Shown here piece after piece: positions 1 to 12,131 of a stretch of 64,000 nucleotides of DNA. The translations under genes were made by a program, and so were the position numbers. How positions within the stretch are numbered: the first letter of the stretch is position 1; each line of letters starts with the position of its first letter. Source of the DNA: Chiloscyllium plagiosum (lineage: Eukaryota); the NCBI RefSeq assembly GCF_004010195.1, contig NC_057732.1, positions 45,848,098-45,912,097 on the forward strand. Direction: 5' to 3'. The notes beneath the pieces are model-generated. The model searched no databases, had not been told where the DNA came from, and saw only the letters and a program-made list of their open reading frames with translations.

Positions 1-1333
1 AGGTTTGATTCATAGCAAACAGCTGAAAGAAAAATGATTCTCCATTGGCTTCAGCAGGTCAGAAAAGAAGGTGCTAACTGCAGCATGTGACCCAAAAGCA
101 GTGCACATCCATCAAAGCATGCAATATGCTTCAGAATATTAAAACGACCTTTCCCTAATCCCTGGCATTAACAGTCGTTTTTTTGTTTTTCTTCCCCCTG
201 GTTATTTCTTTCACTTTTGACGCTCCATCTGGCTTGGGGAGCTTGCATCATGAGTCAATCACACTTCATCAAAAAGTCTTGAGCTTCCTTTAACATAGAC
301 AGATGGAGTCATTCAGAATCAAATTAATTTCAGATTAATGCAGTCTGGACTCACTCCAGACTCTCAATGTATTCGATTCTTGAGCCCAGTGTTAGAATCG
401 AACATTCTACTCTCCAGCACGTTGTGGATGAATCAATGGTTTAAATGATGTATCAGCTCCAGCGGCCACATGTGCTGAGAAAATTCAATCCCTCTAGTCC
501 TGTTGGCTTGCTAGGCACTCCACTTGGTTTCGAGGTTGCTGGTTTCCGAGCACATGTGAACGCTAATCCGTAGATATATTGCCACAAAGTAGATATGATC
601 ACCTGTAATGTTGGTAAATGCTTCAAAGTACAGATTTTCAGAAAAATTAAACAATATATATGAGAAATGGAAGATTCATGCCAAAATACAGATGATGGAG
701 AGTACATTTACAAATTTAGCTTGCAATGCATACAATGTATGATTTTAGGGATAGGGTGCTGAATTTTATTTTTTCCACTTGCCTTGTGAAACATCCAGCC
801 ATTATTGGGATCCAACTCCCAGGGTGACCACTCTTATTGAATGACCCTTTGTACATTTAATATCTGTAGATTTTTAATCAATGACAAGACATCACAGTGG
901 GATAATGACAGAGGTCATTTCCCTACCTCATCAAGAGGGCTGAATCAAGACCAAGGAAACTCGGACTTCTGAGATTTAAAGTGGATGAACTAAGGTACAC
1001 AAGATCATTCACTGCAATTTATGAAAAAAATCTGAAACACTATTCCAAAATAAATCTCATCAGCAGAACAAAGGGAGTACGGACAAAATTACATTGAGAG
1101 CTCAGGATGAATCTAATGCACAGGGATTTCAGATTAGAGAGAACTGGAAGAACCTGGAACCATTGAAGGAGTGATGGGGGTAGGGGGGAAGAGACATCTT
1201 TAGGATGGTTCAGCTCCCTTCAGCTGAAGGATATCCTTCAGCTCTGTATCCCCAGTGTCCTCAAGAACTGAGATTATGATCAACCTGCAAAATGGGAAGG
1301 CAGGGAAGTGGTGCATGTATCGAAAACTCTTCT

Positions 1334-1554
1334 AGGAGAAAGTGAGGTCTGCAGACGCTGGAGATCAAAGCTGAAACTTTATTGCTGGAACAGCACAGCA
1401 GGTCAGGCAGCATCTAGGGAACAGAAGACTCGACGTTTCGGGCACATGCCCTTCTTCAGGAAATGAAGAAGGGCATGTGCCCGAAACGTCGAGTCTTCTG
1501 TTCCCTAGATGCTGCCTGACCTGCTGTGCTGTTCCAGCAATAAAGTTTCAGCTT
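1334..1554. mobile_element. Penelope-derived palindromic mini-element (family A), two head-to-head hammerhead-bearing arms
   Basis: Perfect 91-bp inverted repeat 1368-1458/1464-1554 with a GGAAA spacer; flanked by TSD (t)cgaaaactcttct at 1320-1333 and 1554-1567. Confidence 0.9.
1432..1459 (-). ncRNA. Minimal hammerhead ribozyme motif (PLE type)
   Basis: Minus strand reads CUGAAGA-A-GGGC(AUGU)GCCC-GAAAC-GUC. Confidence 0.75.
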
Positions 1555-2380
1555 CGAAAACTCTTCTGCCAAGTAAAGACAATGGAAACATCAGCTCTAG
1601 CAACAAATACATGGACTCACTGACTTTGGTTGCTCAGATAGTCATGCTGCTCCATGAAGATATATAACAATCTCAACCCTATCCAATCATTGTAATGGAT
1701 TCCAAACATACTGCTATATGGTCATCATGGTGAACAGGTGACCTGAAAACCCAGATTCAGGAATGTCCAGCAGTCGGAGTTGTATTGCAGGTTTGCAGTG
1801 ACGTGTGGGTTAGGAGACCAATCACAAGTCATTCAATTGCTAGTGTATTCCACAAATGCCTGGAGACAAACCAACTTCAGAGTCTGGGTTTGAGTGGGAA
1901 GTGGAGAAGATGAGCCTCTGGGTTTTCTCGACTGTGGATCCTGGAGGCATCCTTCCAAATGGCTCCCTGTTCAACTGTGCTGAATTGTTAATAATTTTGT
2001 AGAGATGTTGAAAAGGGCCGTTCTGGTATTTGTCAACAGGCACGCTGCATTGCCAGGAACAGGCTGACATTTCCTGGCCCAGCCTAACCCAAGAATACTT
2101 CCCTTCCTGTGGAGTCAGTGCTCAGGGATGTTCTGTAATCACAGCTGCAGCCACGTGGGAATTGATGACACGTCGTGATTTATCTTTTATTACATTGAGA
2201 CCATGCATAAACAATGTTTTGCTGGTACAGATCTGTCTCAATAAGTATTTTCATAGAGAACCAACCCAACAGTGCAATCTTACTCAGCTGTTTATTGCCA
2301 ACTTTTAAAAAGACAAACAAAACTTTAGCACCCCAAGAGCAGATTTCTCTCTCGCCACAAAGTGTTTAAATTTTCATTTT

Positions 2381-2402
2381 GGGGGGGGGGGGGGGGGGGG
2401 GG
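2381..2402 (+). repeat. poly-G tract (G22)
   Basis: Seen directly. Confidence 0.95.
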
Positions 2403-2539
2403 ATACACTGGAAAATGGAGTCTGGGATATGTCATCAGCAAAAAAGGGAGCAATTCCTTCCATGACACAAAACAGTTGGCTCTTAATACACTTACTGCAG
2501 TATTGGGAGGGTGACAGTCTCTGTCTCTCTAAACGCAAC

Positions 2540-2770
2540 TCCACTGCCTTTCCCCTGACTTGATTATGTGGTGAAATTCTGTCCATCTCAATCCTGAACA
2601 CTCCAATTGTCCCCCCCAGCCTTTCAGAGTGAGAGTGGCAGGAGTTCCAAACTTGTACCATCCTTTGCGTGACAAAGAGCTTTCTGATTCTAGCTCCTAA
2701 ATAATGTAGCTCTAATCCCAAGATGGCACTTTGATTCCTCTTCTTTTGTATTTATCCTATCAAATACTTA
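2540..2770 (-). mobile_element. Old CR1-type LINE 3' fragment
   Basis: Degenerate 'LFVTQRMVQVWNS' resembles the CR1 ORF2 C-terminal FFTQRVV..WN motif. Confidence 0.55.
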
Positions 2771-3569
2771 ACACCTGAAATCAGTCCTCACTTTTCAATT
2801 TGAGACCTGGTTCATCAGGACTGTACTGAACCCTACTTCTTTGACTGAATTAACCATTAATCATTGACCATTAATCATTAAGCATTAATCACAGGCTGCA
2901 CTTATGGGACCAAGAAGCAGATTACTGACCTGGATTGCCTTATAGGCTGCAAGTGATTAAAGCATTGTCCTGTAGACCTGGACTGATCCATGAACTATCT
3001 CAGTAATAGGGACTGACTGGGTAGGTTTAAATTGAATTAACTAAAGAACGACCCTAAAGACATTGGCCAATGAAGAGTCTTTTTTATAAACTCTAATGAA
3101 TAGTTATGGATTAACTCAAGGGTCATTCTATTCATCTAATCTCAACACTGCTGTATACACAAGACCAGTATACAAATGAACTATTAACAGAACTTCAGTG
3201 GCATATCAAGATAATCAGAAGTTCTATTCAATTAAGCAAATCCACTAATGTGTTTAAACTGTTTAAACACATTTAAGTTATTTCCTACTTAACGGTCACC
3301 TTTTAATCACCAAATTACTCAACCTATTCTAACTACAATATTTAAAAAAAACAAGCTTATCAAGAGCTGATGATTTATTTCCTACCAATAAAATTGGACA
3401 ATGGAACGGATTTTGTTAATGTATTCATGGTTTGCATGAGGGTCTCAAACCAGCCTTCAAGACGTACCCACACTTAGCAGATTACGATGCTTCATCTTTC
3501 TGCTCCTGCACACACTCTCTCTCAGGATTTCCTCCACTGCAGAATCATTTGAAAATGTAGCTTCAGTTT

Positions 3570-4440
3570 CCATAAGCACACTGATGACACCTGGCTATAG
3601 CTCACAACCACCTCTCTCCCACCCCTCTACCTCATTGCAAACTCATCAGAATGCTCACTTGGCATCCAGACCTGAAGGGGGAGAAATTTCCTCCAAATAA
3701 ATGAGTGAAGGACTGAAACTACTTTCTTTGATCACCCTCCACAAAATCCGCTCCTTACCTTCTTTGACAACAACCTGCCAGCTGAAGCAAACTATTGGCA
3801 ATCTTGAGCTCACATTTAACCCAGAGATGAACTTACAACCACACGTTCACACCATCATGAAGACCGGCTACTTGCTCCTCCAGGACTTCCCAATTTTGCC
3901 TCTGCTTCAGCTCACTGTACACTCTGCTGTACTTCTTTGTTACCGTGAGACATCGCTATTCCAATGCACTCTTGGCTGACTAACATTTTAGCCTCTGTAA
4001 ACATGAGGCCATCCACTGCTCTGCTGCTCAAATCCTAACTCACACCAAATCCCATTTACCAAGCACCCTCTGCAATTGCTGAATTACACTGGCGCCCAGT
4101 CAAATAATGCCCCCTGTTTGAATTCACATTCTTGCTTTCAAATCCATCTTTGTCATCACATTTACACCCCACGCCCTTTGCGTCCCTCCAATGTTGACAC
4201 CTTGAATATGCTAATTTTAATCACTCCACCATAAGCAACCTTACTTTCAACTGTCTTGACTCCAAACTCTTGAATTCTCTCCCTAAATGTTTTTTCTCTA
4301 GTTTCTCCTTTAAAACTTGCCTTAAAACATAACTATTTGGGTCAATCTTTTGATTGTCTGCTCCAATATCTTTCTTTGTAGTTTGGTGTCAAATATTATT
4401 TGATAATGCTTCTGTGAGGTGCCTTGAGACATTGGGATGC
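3570..4440 (+). mobile_element. Decayed L2-like LINE RT/3' fragment
   Basis: Translation 'NLELTFNPEMNLQPHVHTIMKTGYLLLQD' resembles the L2 ORF2 motif NLGV.FD..L.F..HI..I.K.A.FHL; frameshifted. Confidence 0.6.
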
Positions 4441-4906
4441 TAAGGGAGCAGGACTAACCACAGTTGCCACTTATCCAAAGTCTCTTCATGTTTTGCCACC
4501 ACTTGTGGATCAATGAATGTTTCAGAAGATAATTCATGTCATGCACTGACAAAAACTTGCAGGGTAGGGAGCAGGACAATACGTAGAATTGGAGCCCATT
4601 TTATTCTGAAGCTCACGGAGCTGGCAGGAGTGCTGTGTCAATGATGCATTACGAACAATCGCCCAACTATGACCAGCCACTTCAACACACCATCCTATTC
4701 TCTGGCCAACATTTCTATCTTGGGCTTGTTGCAGTACTCCAACAAAGCTCAGCACAAGCTGGAAGACCAGCATCTCATTTTCCGCCTGGGGACCCTGCAG
4801 CCCTCTGGACTCAATATCAAGTTCAATAACTTTAGGGCCTGAACTCTCCCATATCCTAGTCCCTATTACCACACACCAGGCCTTGTTATCACAGTCAGGC
4901 AACATC

Positions 4907-4934
4907 GACGTTTCGGGCAAAAGCCCTTCATCAG
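4907..4934 (-). ncRNA. Minimal hammerhead ribozyme motif (inverted copy)
   Basis: Minus strand CUGAUGA-A-GGGC(UUUU)GCCC-GAAAC-GUC. Confidence 0.75.
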
Positions 4935-5329
4935 GAATAAAGGCAGAGAGCCTGAAGCGTGGAGAGATAGGTCAAGGCCTCCTCCACCGCCGCTCCCTCA
5001 CCACCAGACGCATGGAAGAAGAACGCCTCATCTTCCGCCTCGGAACACTTCAACCCCAGGGCATCAATGTGGACTTCAACAGCTTCCTCATTTCCCCTTC
5101 CCCCACCTCATCCTAGTTTCTAACTTCCAGCTCAGCACTGTCCCCATGACTTGTCCAGACTTGTCCGACCTGCCTAGCTCCTTTTCCACCTATCCACTCC
5201 ATCCTCTCCTCCCTGACCTATCACCTTCATCTCCTCCCCCACTGACCTATTGTACTCTATGCTACTCTCTCCCCACCCCCACCCTACTCTAGCCTATCTC
5301 TCCACGCTTCAGGCTCTCTGCCTTTATTC

Positions 5330-5357
5330 CTGATGAAGGGCTTTTGCCCGAAACGTC
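5330..5357 (+). ncRNA. Minimal hammerhead ribozyme motif in PLE 3' pLTR
   Basis: CUGAUGA-A-GGGC(UUUU)GCCC-GAAAC-GUC, downstream of the GIY-YIG fragment. Confidence 0.8.
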
Positions 5358-6978
5358 GATGTTGCCTGTCCTTGGATTTTGCCTGTCCTCGGATGTTGCC
5401 TGAACTGCTACGCTCTTCCAGCACCACTAATCCAGAATCTGGTTTCCAGCATCTGCAGTCATTGTTTTTACCTTGTTATCACAGTGTCTGCTAATAAACA
5501 CAATCCATTGTTAGCCATTAACAGTCCCCATAAGTAGCTAATCAGCCTCATAGCCAGATTCTAATCTATTCCTTTGTCTGTCCAACTGTTCTTTTCTCTC
5601 TTTGAGCTCTATCCCCACCTATCATTTACTCCTTACCCCCTCCCCAAACTCTTTATGTCTTCAGCATAAGAACTGACGCTTTCCTAGCTACCACCAGTTC
5701 TGAGGACCCAAAACGTTAACTTTGATTTCCCTTTACAGACGCTGAGCTTTTCCAGCAAATTTCTGCTTATGACCAGAATAAACACAAACAATCATGAAAG
5801 GGAAAAGAATTGCAATGCCAAGGATTTGCTGGTATGCATGTCAGAATAACAAGCACCATTAATGAATCTTCATGGATAAGCAGTTAAAATAATGAGCTTA
5901 CTCATTAACATACTCTCCCCTGTCCAACATACAGCAGTGCTAGCAATGAAGTGAATATCATTTGACCATTTTGAACAATATAATTCGTAACAGCAATTAA
6001 AGAGTTACAGTACAACCAAAACAAAAATCAGATATCCCCCACACAGCCATGCAGTCAAAACAAAACACAGATCTGACAAACTGTTGTGGAGGTCTTATAT
6101 TTGTTCATTGGTTCCTCTTTTTTCCCCAAGACATATTTTGCTTAAGCCACAAAATTGCTTTCTCGATGATGTACCACAACATTCAATTCAGACGACTTCC
6201 AAATAATTCCCAAATCAATCAACACCAATCTCTGCTTGGCTCAAGCTAGTTGCAGGATCGATGGGTTTACTGTATGAAATCTAAAGGAGTCTAGTGCACA
6301 GCAACATAATGGATGGGGCTCTGTAAGGCGAACTTACTGGATGTATACTAATGACATCTTAATTCGGAGTCAATGAGACATTAAATGAGGAATTGGATCT
6401 AGGTTTTACTTTGAATTTCCAGCAGGGGGCAGAACTTACCCCCTTAATTTTGCACCTCTCTCTGGAAATACACCTCAGAGTGACGAGAGTCTACATCCCA
6501 ATAAAAGAACATCGGAGGTTAGGTTAGGGATTCAAAAGTCGGCTTGGAAAAATAAATTTAGATTTGAGTGTGTGTGCCTGAAAATGCTCCTGACCCCCTT
6601 AAAGAAAGGACCGTCCCTTGGACTCTTTCCACTGCCCCCATTTTTCTCTCAACAACTGAGCTCAGAAATTTGTACAACACCAATGACTCAACTGCATCGG
6701 GCTGCTGTACAGTTTGCTTGTTTTGCCGAGCTATCCCACAAAGGAACCTGTTTTTGAGCATGCCTGACCGAGGTTCCAGCCCCGAATCAAATCCTCAAGC
6801 CAATCCAAAACATTCAATTAACTTCAGAAGTGAAATCATTCCTGTTGCTATATCGCCCAGGCGACAAATGACCCAAACACAGAAAAGGAGATAATTCATG
6901 ATTTTATCTGTTTTTGATTGAATGATGGATGTTTTCCAAACGACCAGAATTCTTTGTGCCTCATGGAATGATTTTTAA

Positions 6979-7296
6979 AATCCCTAGTGTGGAAACAGGC
7001 CCTTCAGCCCAACAAGTCCACACTAATCCTCCGAAGAGTAACCCACCCAGCCCCATTCCCCTTATATTTACCTCTGACTAATGCACCTAATCTACACACC
7101 CCTGAACACCATGGGCAATTTAGCATGGCCAATTCACCTAACCCGCACATCATTGGATTGTGGGAGGAAACCGGAAATCTGGAGGAAACCCACACAGACA
7201 CAGGGAGAATGTGCAAGCTCCACACAGACAGTTGCCAGAGGCTGGATTCGAACCCGGGTCCCTGGCGCTGTGAGGCAGCAGTGCTAACCTCTGCCC
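6979..7296 (-). mobile_element. HE1-type shark SINE (tRNA head, V-SINE core, CR1-derived tail)
   Basis: Minus strand has a B-box GGTTCGAATCC, core TGTGTGGAGCTTGCACATTCTCCC and tail GGGCCTGTTTCCACACT. Confidence 0.9.
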
Positions 7297-7851
7297 TGAA
7301 TGATGCAATATGATCTGTAAAATCCACCTCATGAGACAGATTGGATATCAAACTCATGTCTCATTAGACAGAGGATAGTCTGGAAATTAGACTGTTCCAA
7401 ATTTGTGGTGCCATTTTTCCTTTATTCTTACATGGGATCTAGAGCAGTGGGCGTACCATCCCTAGTGACTCTTAACTTGTGAGTCTTGCTCAGCCTTTTC
7501 AGAGGACAGTAAAGGGTCTGGAGTCACATGTAGGCCAGACTTGATAAAGACAAACAGTTCCATTCCTGAAGAACACTAGTGAACCAAACGGGGTTTTAAT
7601 GAGAATTTATGAGAGTTACATATGGGGGCATACAACATTGAAACAGACCATTTGACCCACCGTGTCTATGCCGACCAATATAAACACTAACTACATTAAA
7701 CCCATGTACCTGAATTTGGTCCATGTCCAATTCTGCCCTGGCATTTTAAGTGGTCACCGTCGCCAGGATTAGCTTGCATCAAATTTAAATTTCACCATCC
7801 ACTGTGGTGATAGGCCCACAACATTAACCTGGGCATTCTAGGTGACTTGTC

Positions 7852-8030
7852 AAGATTAGAGTGGTGCTGGAAAAGCACAGCAGGTCAGGCAGCATCTGAG
7901 GAGCAGGAAAATTGACGTTTCGGGCAAAAACCCTTCATTCTGCTCCTCAGATGCTGCCTGACCTGCTGTGCTTTTCCAGCACCACTCTAATCTTGACTCT
8001 AATCTCCAGCATCTGCAGTACCCACTTCTG
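7852..8030. mobile_element. Penelope-derived palindromic mini-element (family A), centre deleted
   Basis: Inverted arms agattagagtggtgctggaaaagcacagcaggtcaggcagcatctgaggagcag; partial hammerhead; degenerate TSD attct(a/g)ggt(g/t)acttgtc. Confidence 0.85.
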
Positions 8031-8121
8031 AGATTCTGGGTTACTTGTCCCATGACATAATCAGTAGGCTGTCATCTTTCCTTCAGCACGCAATGCTTCA
8101 CGGCATATTCTGAATGAGGTC

Positions 8122-8862
8122 ACAGAGTCATAGAGATATACAGCACGGAAACAGACCCTTAGGTCCAACTCGTCCATGCCAATCAGATATCCTAACCTCA
8201 TCTAGTCCTATTTGCCAGCACTTGGCACATATCCCTCTAAACCCTGGCAACATCCTTGTAAATCTTTCCTGAACCCTTTGAAGTTTCACAACATCCCTCT
8301 GATAGGAGGGAGGTCAGAACTGTACACAATATTCCAAAAGTGGTCTAACCAATGTCCTGTCCAGCCGCAACATGACCTCCCAAATCCTACACTCAATGCT
8401 CTGACCAATAAAGGAAAGCACATCAAACGCCTTCCTCACTATTCTATCTACCAGCGACTCTACTTTCAAGGAACTATGAACCTGCACTCCAAGATCTCTT
8501 TGTTCAGCAACATTCCCCAGGACCTTACCATTAAGCATATAAGTTCTGTCCTGATTTGTCTTTCCAAAAAGCAGTACCTCACATTTATCTAAAGTAAACT
8601 TCATCTGCCATTCCTTGGCCCATCGGTCCATCTGATCCAAATGCCATTGTACTCTGAGGTAACCTTCTTCGCTGTCCACTACACCTCTAATTTTGGGGTC
8701 ATCTGCAAACTTACTGACTATACCTCCTATGTTCACATCCAAGTCATTTATATAAATGATGAAAAGCAGTGGACCCAGCACCGATTCTATTGGCACACCA
8801 CTGGTCACAGGCCTCCAGTCTGAAATGCAACCCTGCACCACAACCCTCCGTTTTGTATCCAA
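8122..8862 (-). mobile_element. CR1/HER1 LINE ORF2 RT fragment with internal deletion and 3' tail
   Basis: ORF 8314-8862: VTSGVP..SVLGPLLFIIYINDLD...SKFADD...LEYCVQF; CR1 tail at 8122-8240. Confidence 0.95.
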
Positions 8863-9219
8863 ACTATTTCTGTAGCTAAACTATTCCTTGGGCTCAGAGC
8901 TTACTATTGGTGAGTTGCATGTGATCAGGAGACAGTTCATTACGCCAGAGAGAACAGACATTAGCATGAATCATCAGTCATGATGGCTAGCAATAGATAG
9001 TGAACTCAATGAGCAAACGCTCTGTACCCAGATCCACAATAAGGCAGGAGTCAGCCTTCGGTCGTCTCTTTCAGAATTCATTCATTTCACTGAGAAACAT
9101 CTGAGAATACTGACCAGGCATGCCGCCTTCTGGATAAACATGGTAAAGCGGTTCGGGCACTGGGCAACAACAGAATTTTCAAAGAAGTGATCAGGATGCC
9201 CAAACTGACGTCTTTCCAC

Positions 9220-9390
9220 ATTCCGATGACACTGCAATCCTGTTGCTATAAATTCTGTGATGTATGCTTCTGCCCCAAAACCACCTGAAGCAGCAGCTAG
9301 TGCCTCCAAATAAACCTGTTGGACTATAACCCGGTTTTGTGTGATTTTTAACTTTGTCCACCCCAGTCCGACACTGGCATCTCCAAATCT
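9220..9390 (+). mobile_element. Penelope-derived family B tail with deleted hammerhead stem II
   Basis: Matches family B consensus aaataaacctgttggactataacc...ggcatctccaaatc. Confidence 0.8.
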
Positions 9391-10996
9391 TTCCTAATAT
9401 GGCAGGCTCCTTGCTTTACATGTGGAATAATAAGCACACACTCATCCATTACCATGTTGTCCATGCAGACTCCAATTAAATGTATGCAACTTAAATGAAT
9501 TTCCAGACAAAAGTACAAAAGCCCCTTACTCAAGTTTCTTCTCCCATGAATGTGCTCAGGTCATGAATTGGGACAAACCAAAATCTCCTGGGATAAAAGC
9601 GCTACCTACTGGAATAAACAGGCTACAATTAACTGCTACTTTCACAAAAGGGTGGGCATTTGAGAGAAACTTGGTTCAGGAGGGGGAGACATCTTTGTTT
9701 TTATTAATGCTGCAAATAACAAATCCCCTATAATTACTCTAGACCACAATAATTTCTTGAATATCTGCTAATGAAAAACAGCAATGGGTTTAAAATGGAA
9801 ACTTTAGGCTCGACTAACTTAAAATTAAAAACACATCTTTAAACATCTCGCGTACTCAAGAGCTCGCATCATATGGCAACAATTTTGGAAAGTACACTTG
9901 CATGAAAGACAACATCTATATCATGTTTTGGGTTACCATAGCAGTTTGGAAAATACATCATTGCTGATAATATTTTCATGCTAAGGCAATGTTCTGTTCA
10001 GAATTGTTTTGCCAAGTAATATTTGGAAAACAAAAAGGAAATCTGGTTGTAAAAATATTGGACAAGGGAACAGTAACTTGTAACAAAGATTTTGATGGAC
10101 AAAGTAACTGCCTTATTATATATTTGGAAAAGACTTATCACCTTGGATGGTTACTATCAGTGCTGCTTCCACAGTAAATAAAAAGCGCTTCTTCATTTCC
10201 GATGAAGGTTGTAATATTTCGCCTCTAGAGACACAAGCTTATGACAGGAAAATGGAGTGAGACATGAAACAAGTCAAGGGGCACAGTAACTTTTCCTCTT
10301 GGACAATCACACAAACACAAGAATGATGTGAAAACTTGGCATTTTGTACGTTTTAAAGCTGACTTTATCAAAAGTTTAATCCAGGTGCCAGCACTGAACA
10401 TACACAGTTAGGTATTCATCAATCTGAGTCGATATTGGTTGTTGTTTCTGCTTTTTTTCCAGACCAACACCATTTCAAATTATTTTTCCATTTAATTTTG
10501 TGTCCATCAAGAAGTGGGAATGCTAGTGTTATTGAAAGGAGTATCTATCCTACACTTAACATTCACACCAGGGATCCTAAGAATGGATAAAGCTCATAAT
10601 ACTGGGCCTCAAACCAGTATGACTCTACCTCTATGGACAGAAAGTGAATGGAATCTTTGAATTGAGATGATTGATACAGTGGGCTCCCCTTTGCAATTAA
10701 AACACATTAGTTATTCAGTTCATGTGGACTCTGGAATTCACTGTCTCAGAAGGAAGTGGATGTGGAGGGATTGAATATTTTTAAGGTGAAAGTCAATCGA
10801 CTGCCTTGACTAATAAGATTTTAAATGCATTAGGAGGGGGTGGGAATGTAAAATTCTAGGCACGAACAGATTGGCCATGTTCGTACTGAATGGGGAAGTA
10901 GATTCGAAAAGGGCCAAGAGGCATATCTCTGTACCCACCTTTTATATTCGTGTGTGTTTGGAGGGACTCAATTACCAATCATGCGAACACAGTAAA

Positions 10997-11194
10997 CATG
11001 ATTTGGAGATGCCAGTGTTGGACTGGGGTGGACAAAGTTAAAAATCACACAACACCAGGTTATAGTCCAACAGGTTTAATTGGAAGCACACTAGCTTTCG
11101 GAGCGCCGCCTGATGAAGGAGCAGCGCTCTGAAAGCTAGTGCTTCCCAATAAACCTGTTGGACTATAACCTGGTGTTATGTGATTTTTAACTTT
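10997..11194. mobile_element. Penelope-derived palindromic element (family B)
   Basis: Inverted arms around 11100; TSD gaacaca(g/a)taaa at 10985-10996 and 11195-11206. Confidence 0.9.
11110..11138 (+). ncRNA. Minimal hammerhead ribozyme motif (family B)
   Basis: CUGAUGA-A-GGAGC(AGC)GCUCU-GAAAG-CUA. Confidence 0.7.
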
Positions 11195-11217
11195 GAACAC
11201 AATAAAAGCAGAGTCAG

Positions 11218-11633
11218 GAAGCAGGATGGGCTGTCCGAGAGGTGGTCAGAAGGTGTGTCGGGGGTCCAAGAACTGGTAGGGGCATGGGGGTGGGCTGAGA
11301 ACTGGAAGGGGCATGGAGGCGGGCTGCCTTAGAGTGGCCGGAAGGTGGGAGGGACAGGGGTGCTTGCTGGGTCTGTATTGTATGCACTGTTTTTTATGTA
11401 ATTGGAGTGTCTCGTATGTACAAATGTCATTGTTACTATTTTATAATGATTGAAACTGGGGTTTGAAGTTTGTCCTCACTTCACTGTAAACTGGTTGAAT
11501 GGTGGAGTTTGGGGCCCTGGCTTTGCTGCTCCTCTCCCTCATAAATTTCTGCTTCTCTGTATACAGCTGTTAATGTTAATTGGTTTGTAAACTGTGAATT
11601 GTTTAATAAAATTAATAAACAGGGGAAAAAAAT
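11218..11633 (+). mobile_element. A-tailed non-LTR retroposon 3' fragment (L1/Tx1-like 3' UTR)
   Basis: G-rich then T-rich body, AATAAA plus short A tail, 10-bp TSD gcagagtcag at 11208-11217 and 11634-11643. Confidence 0.5.
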
Positions 11634-12131
11634 GCAGAGTCAGAATCAGTCCGATTCCAGTAAGTCTTCAGATGTGCAGTGTTGCCAAGAAAGGGAGTGG
11701 TTTTATAATTCATCTGTGGTCAAAAGAAGTGTCAAAAATACTCAGCTCCATTCATGTTCAGAAACCTGCTTGTAAACTGGCTGAAATATTTGTCATTACA
11801 GTGCAAATGATACTTGCAAAAACATGGATTTAAACAAAAGCTTCCGCATATATTGCACCTCAGCGTGTCTCGCAGGACATCTTAAAATACTCCAGCCACA
11901 ATGGATTGTTCTCAAGTTGCAAACACAGTGACCAATGTCTGCACAGCAAGAATCCAGAATAAACCAATCACCTGTTGAGATGGGCCTTTCCTTTGGTTGA
12001 GTTGACTGGGGTGAAGCAGGAAGCTCCTTTCTGTGTAAATCATGTCCCAGATTTTTCATCTTCAGCCAAAGGCAGGCAGTGTTTTGGTTATAGCCTCGTT
12101 GAATTATAAAATTGAACAGCACAAAAAAAAG

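Larger units (their letters stand above)
4896..5470 (+). mobile_element. Young 5'-truncated Penelope-like element with inverted partial pLTR
   Basis: Encodes GLLHRRSLTTRRMEEERLIFRLGTLQPQGINVDFNSF (PLE endonuclease C-terminus); 76-bp inverted repeat 4896-4971/5293-5368; 15-bp TSD ccttgttatcacagt at 4881-4895 and 5471-5485. Confidence 0.9.
4678..5770 (+). mobile_element. Older Penelope-like element 3' part (GIY-YIG endonuclease C-terminus plus 3' tail), interrupted by a younger PLE
   Basis: 4678-4842 encodes HFNTPSYSLANISILGLLQYSNKAQHKLEDQHLIFRLGTLQPSGLNIKFNNFRA*; degenerate family-C hammerhead tail at about 5695-5770. Confidence 0.8.

Noticed and set aside
1334-1554. Palindromes as DNA-transposon MITEs or rho-independent terminators
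   Set aside because: Arms are asymmetric in length, TSDs vary (10-15 bp) and the sequence equals the 3' end of GIY-YIG-encoding elements
3247-3273. 13-bp perfect AT-rich palindrome, and the 14-bp triple repeat near 2850-2895
   Set aside because: Short low-complexity features with no supporting context
8314-8862. 182-aa RT ORF (also 59790-60224 and 62743-63201) as functional genes
   Set aside because: Truncated CR1 ORF2 fragments with deletions, stops and frameshifts
9113-9240. Minus-strand exon-like segment GLQCHRNVERRQFGHPDHFF
   Set aside because: The putative acceptor lies within family B repeat sequence; no recognisable homology
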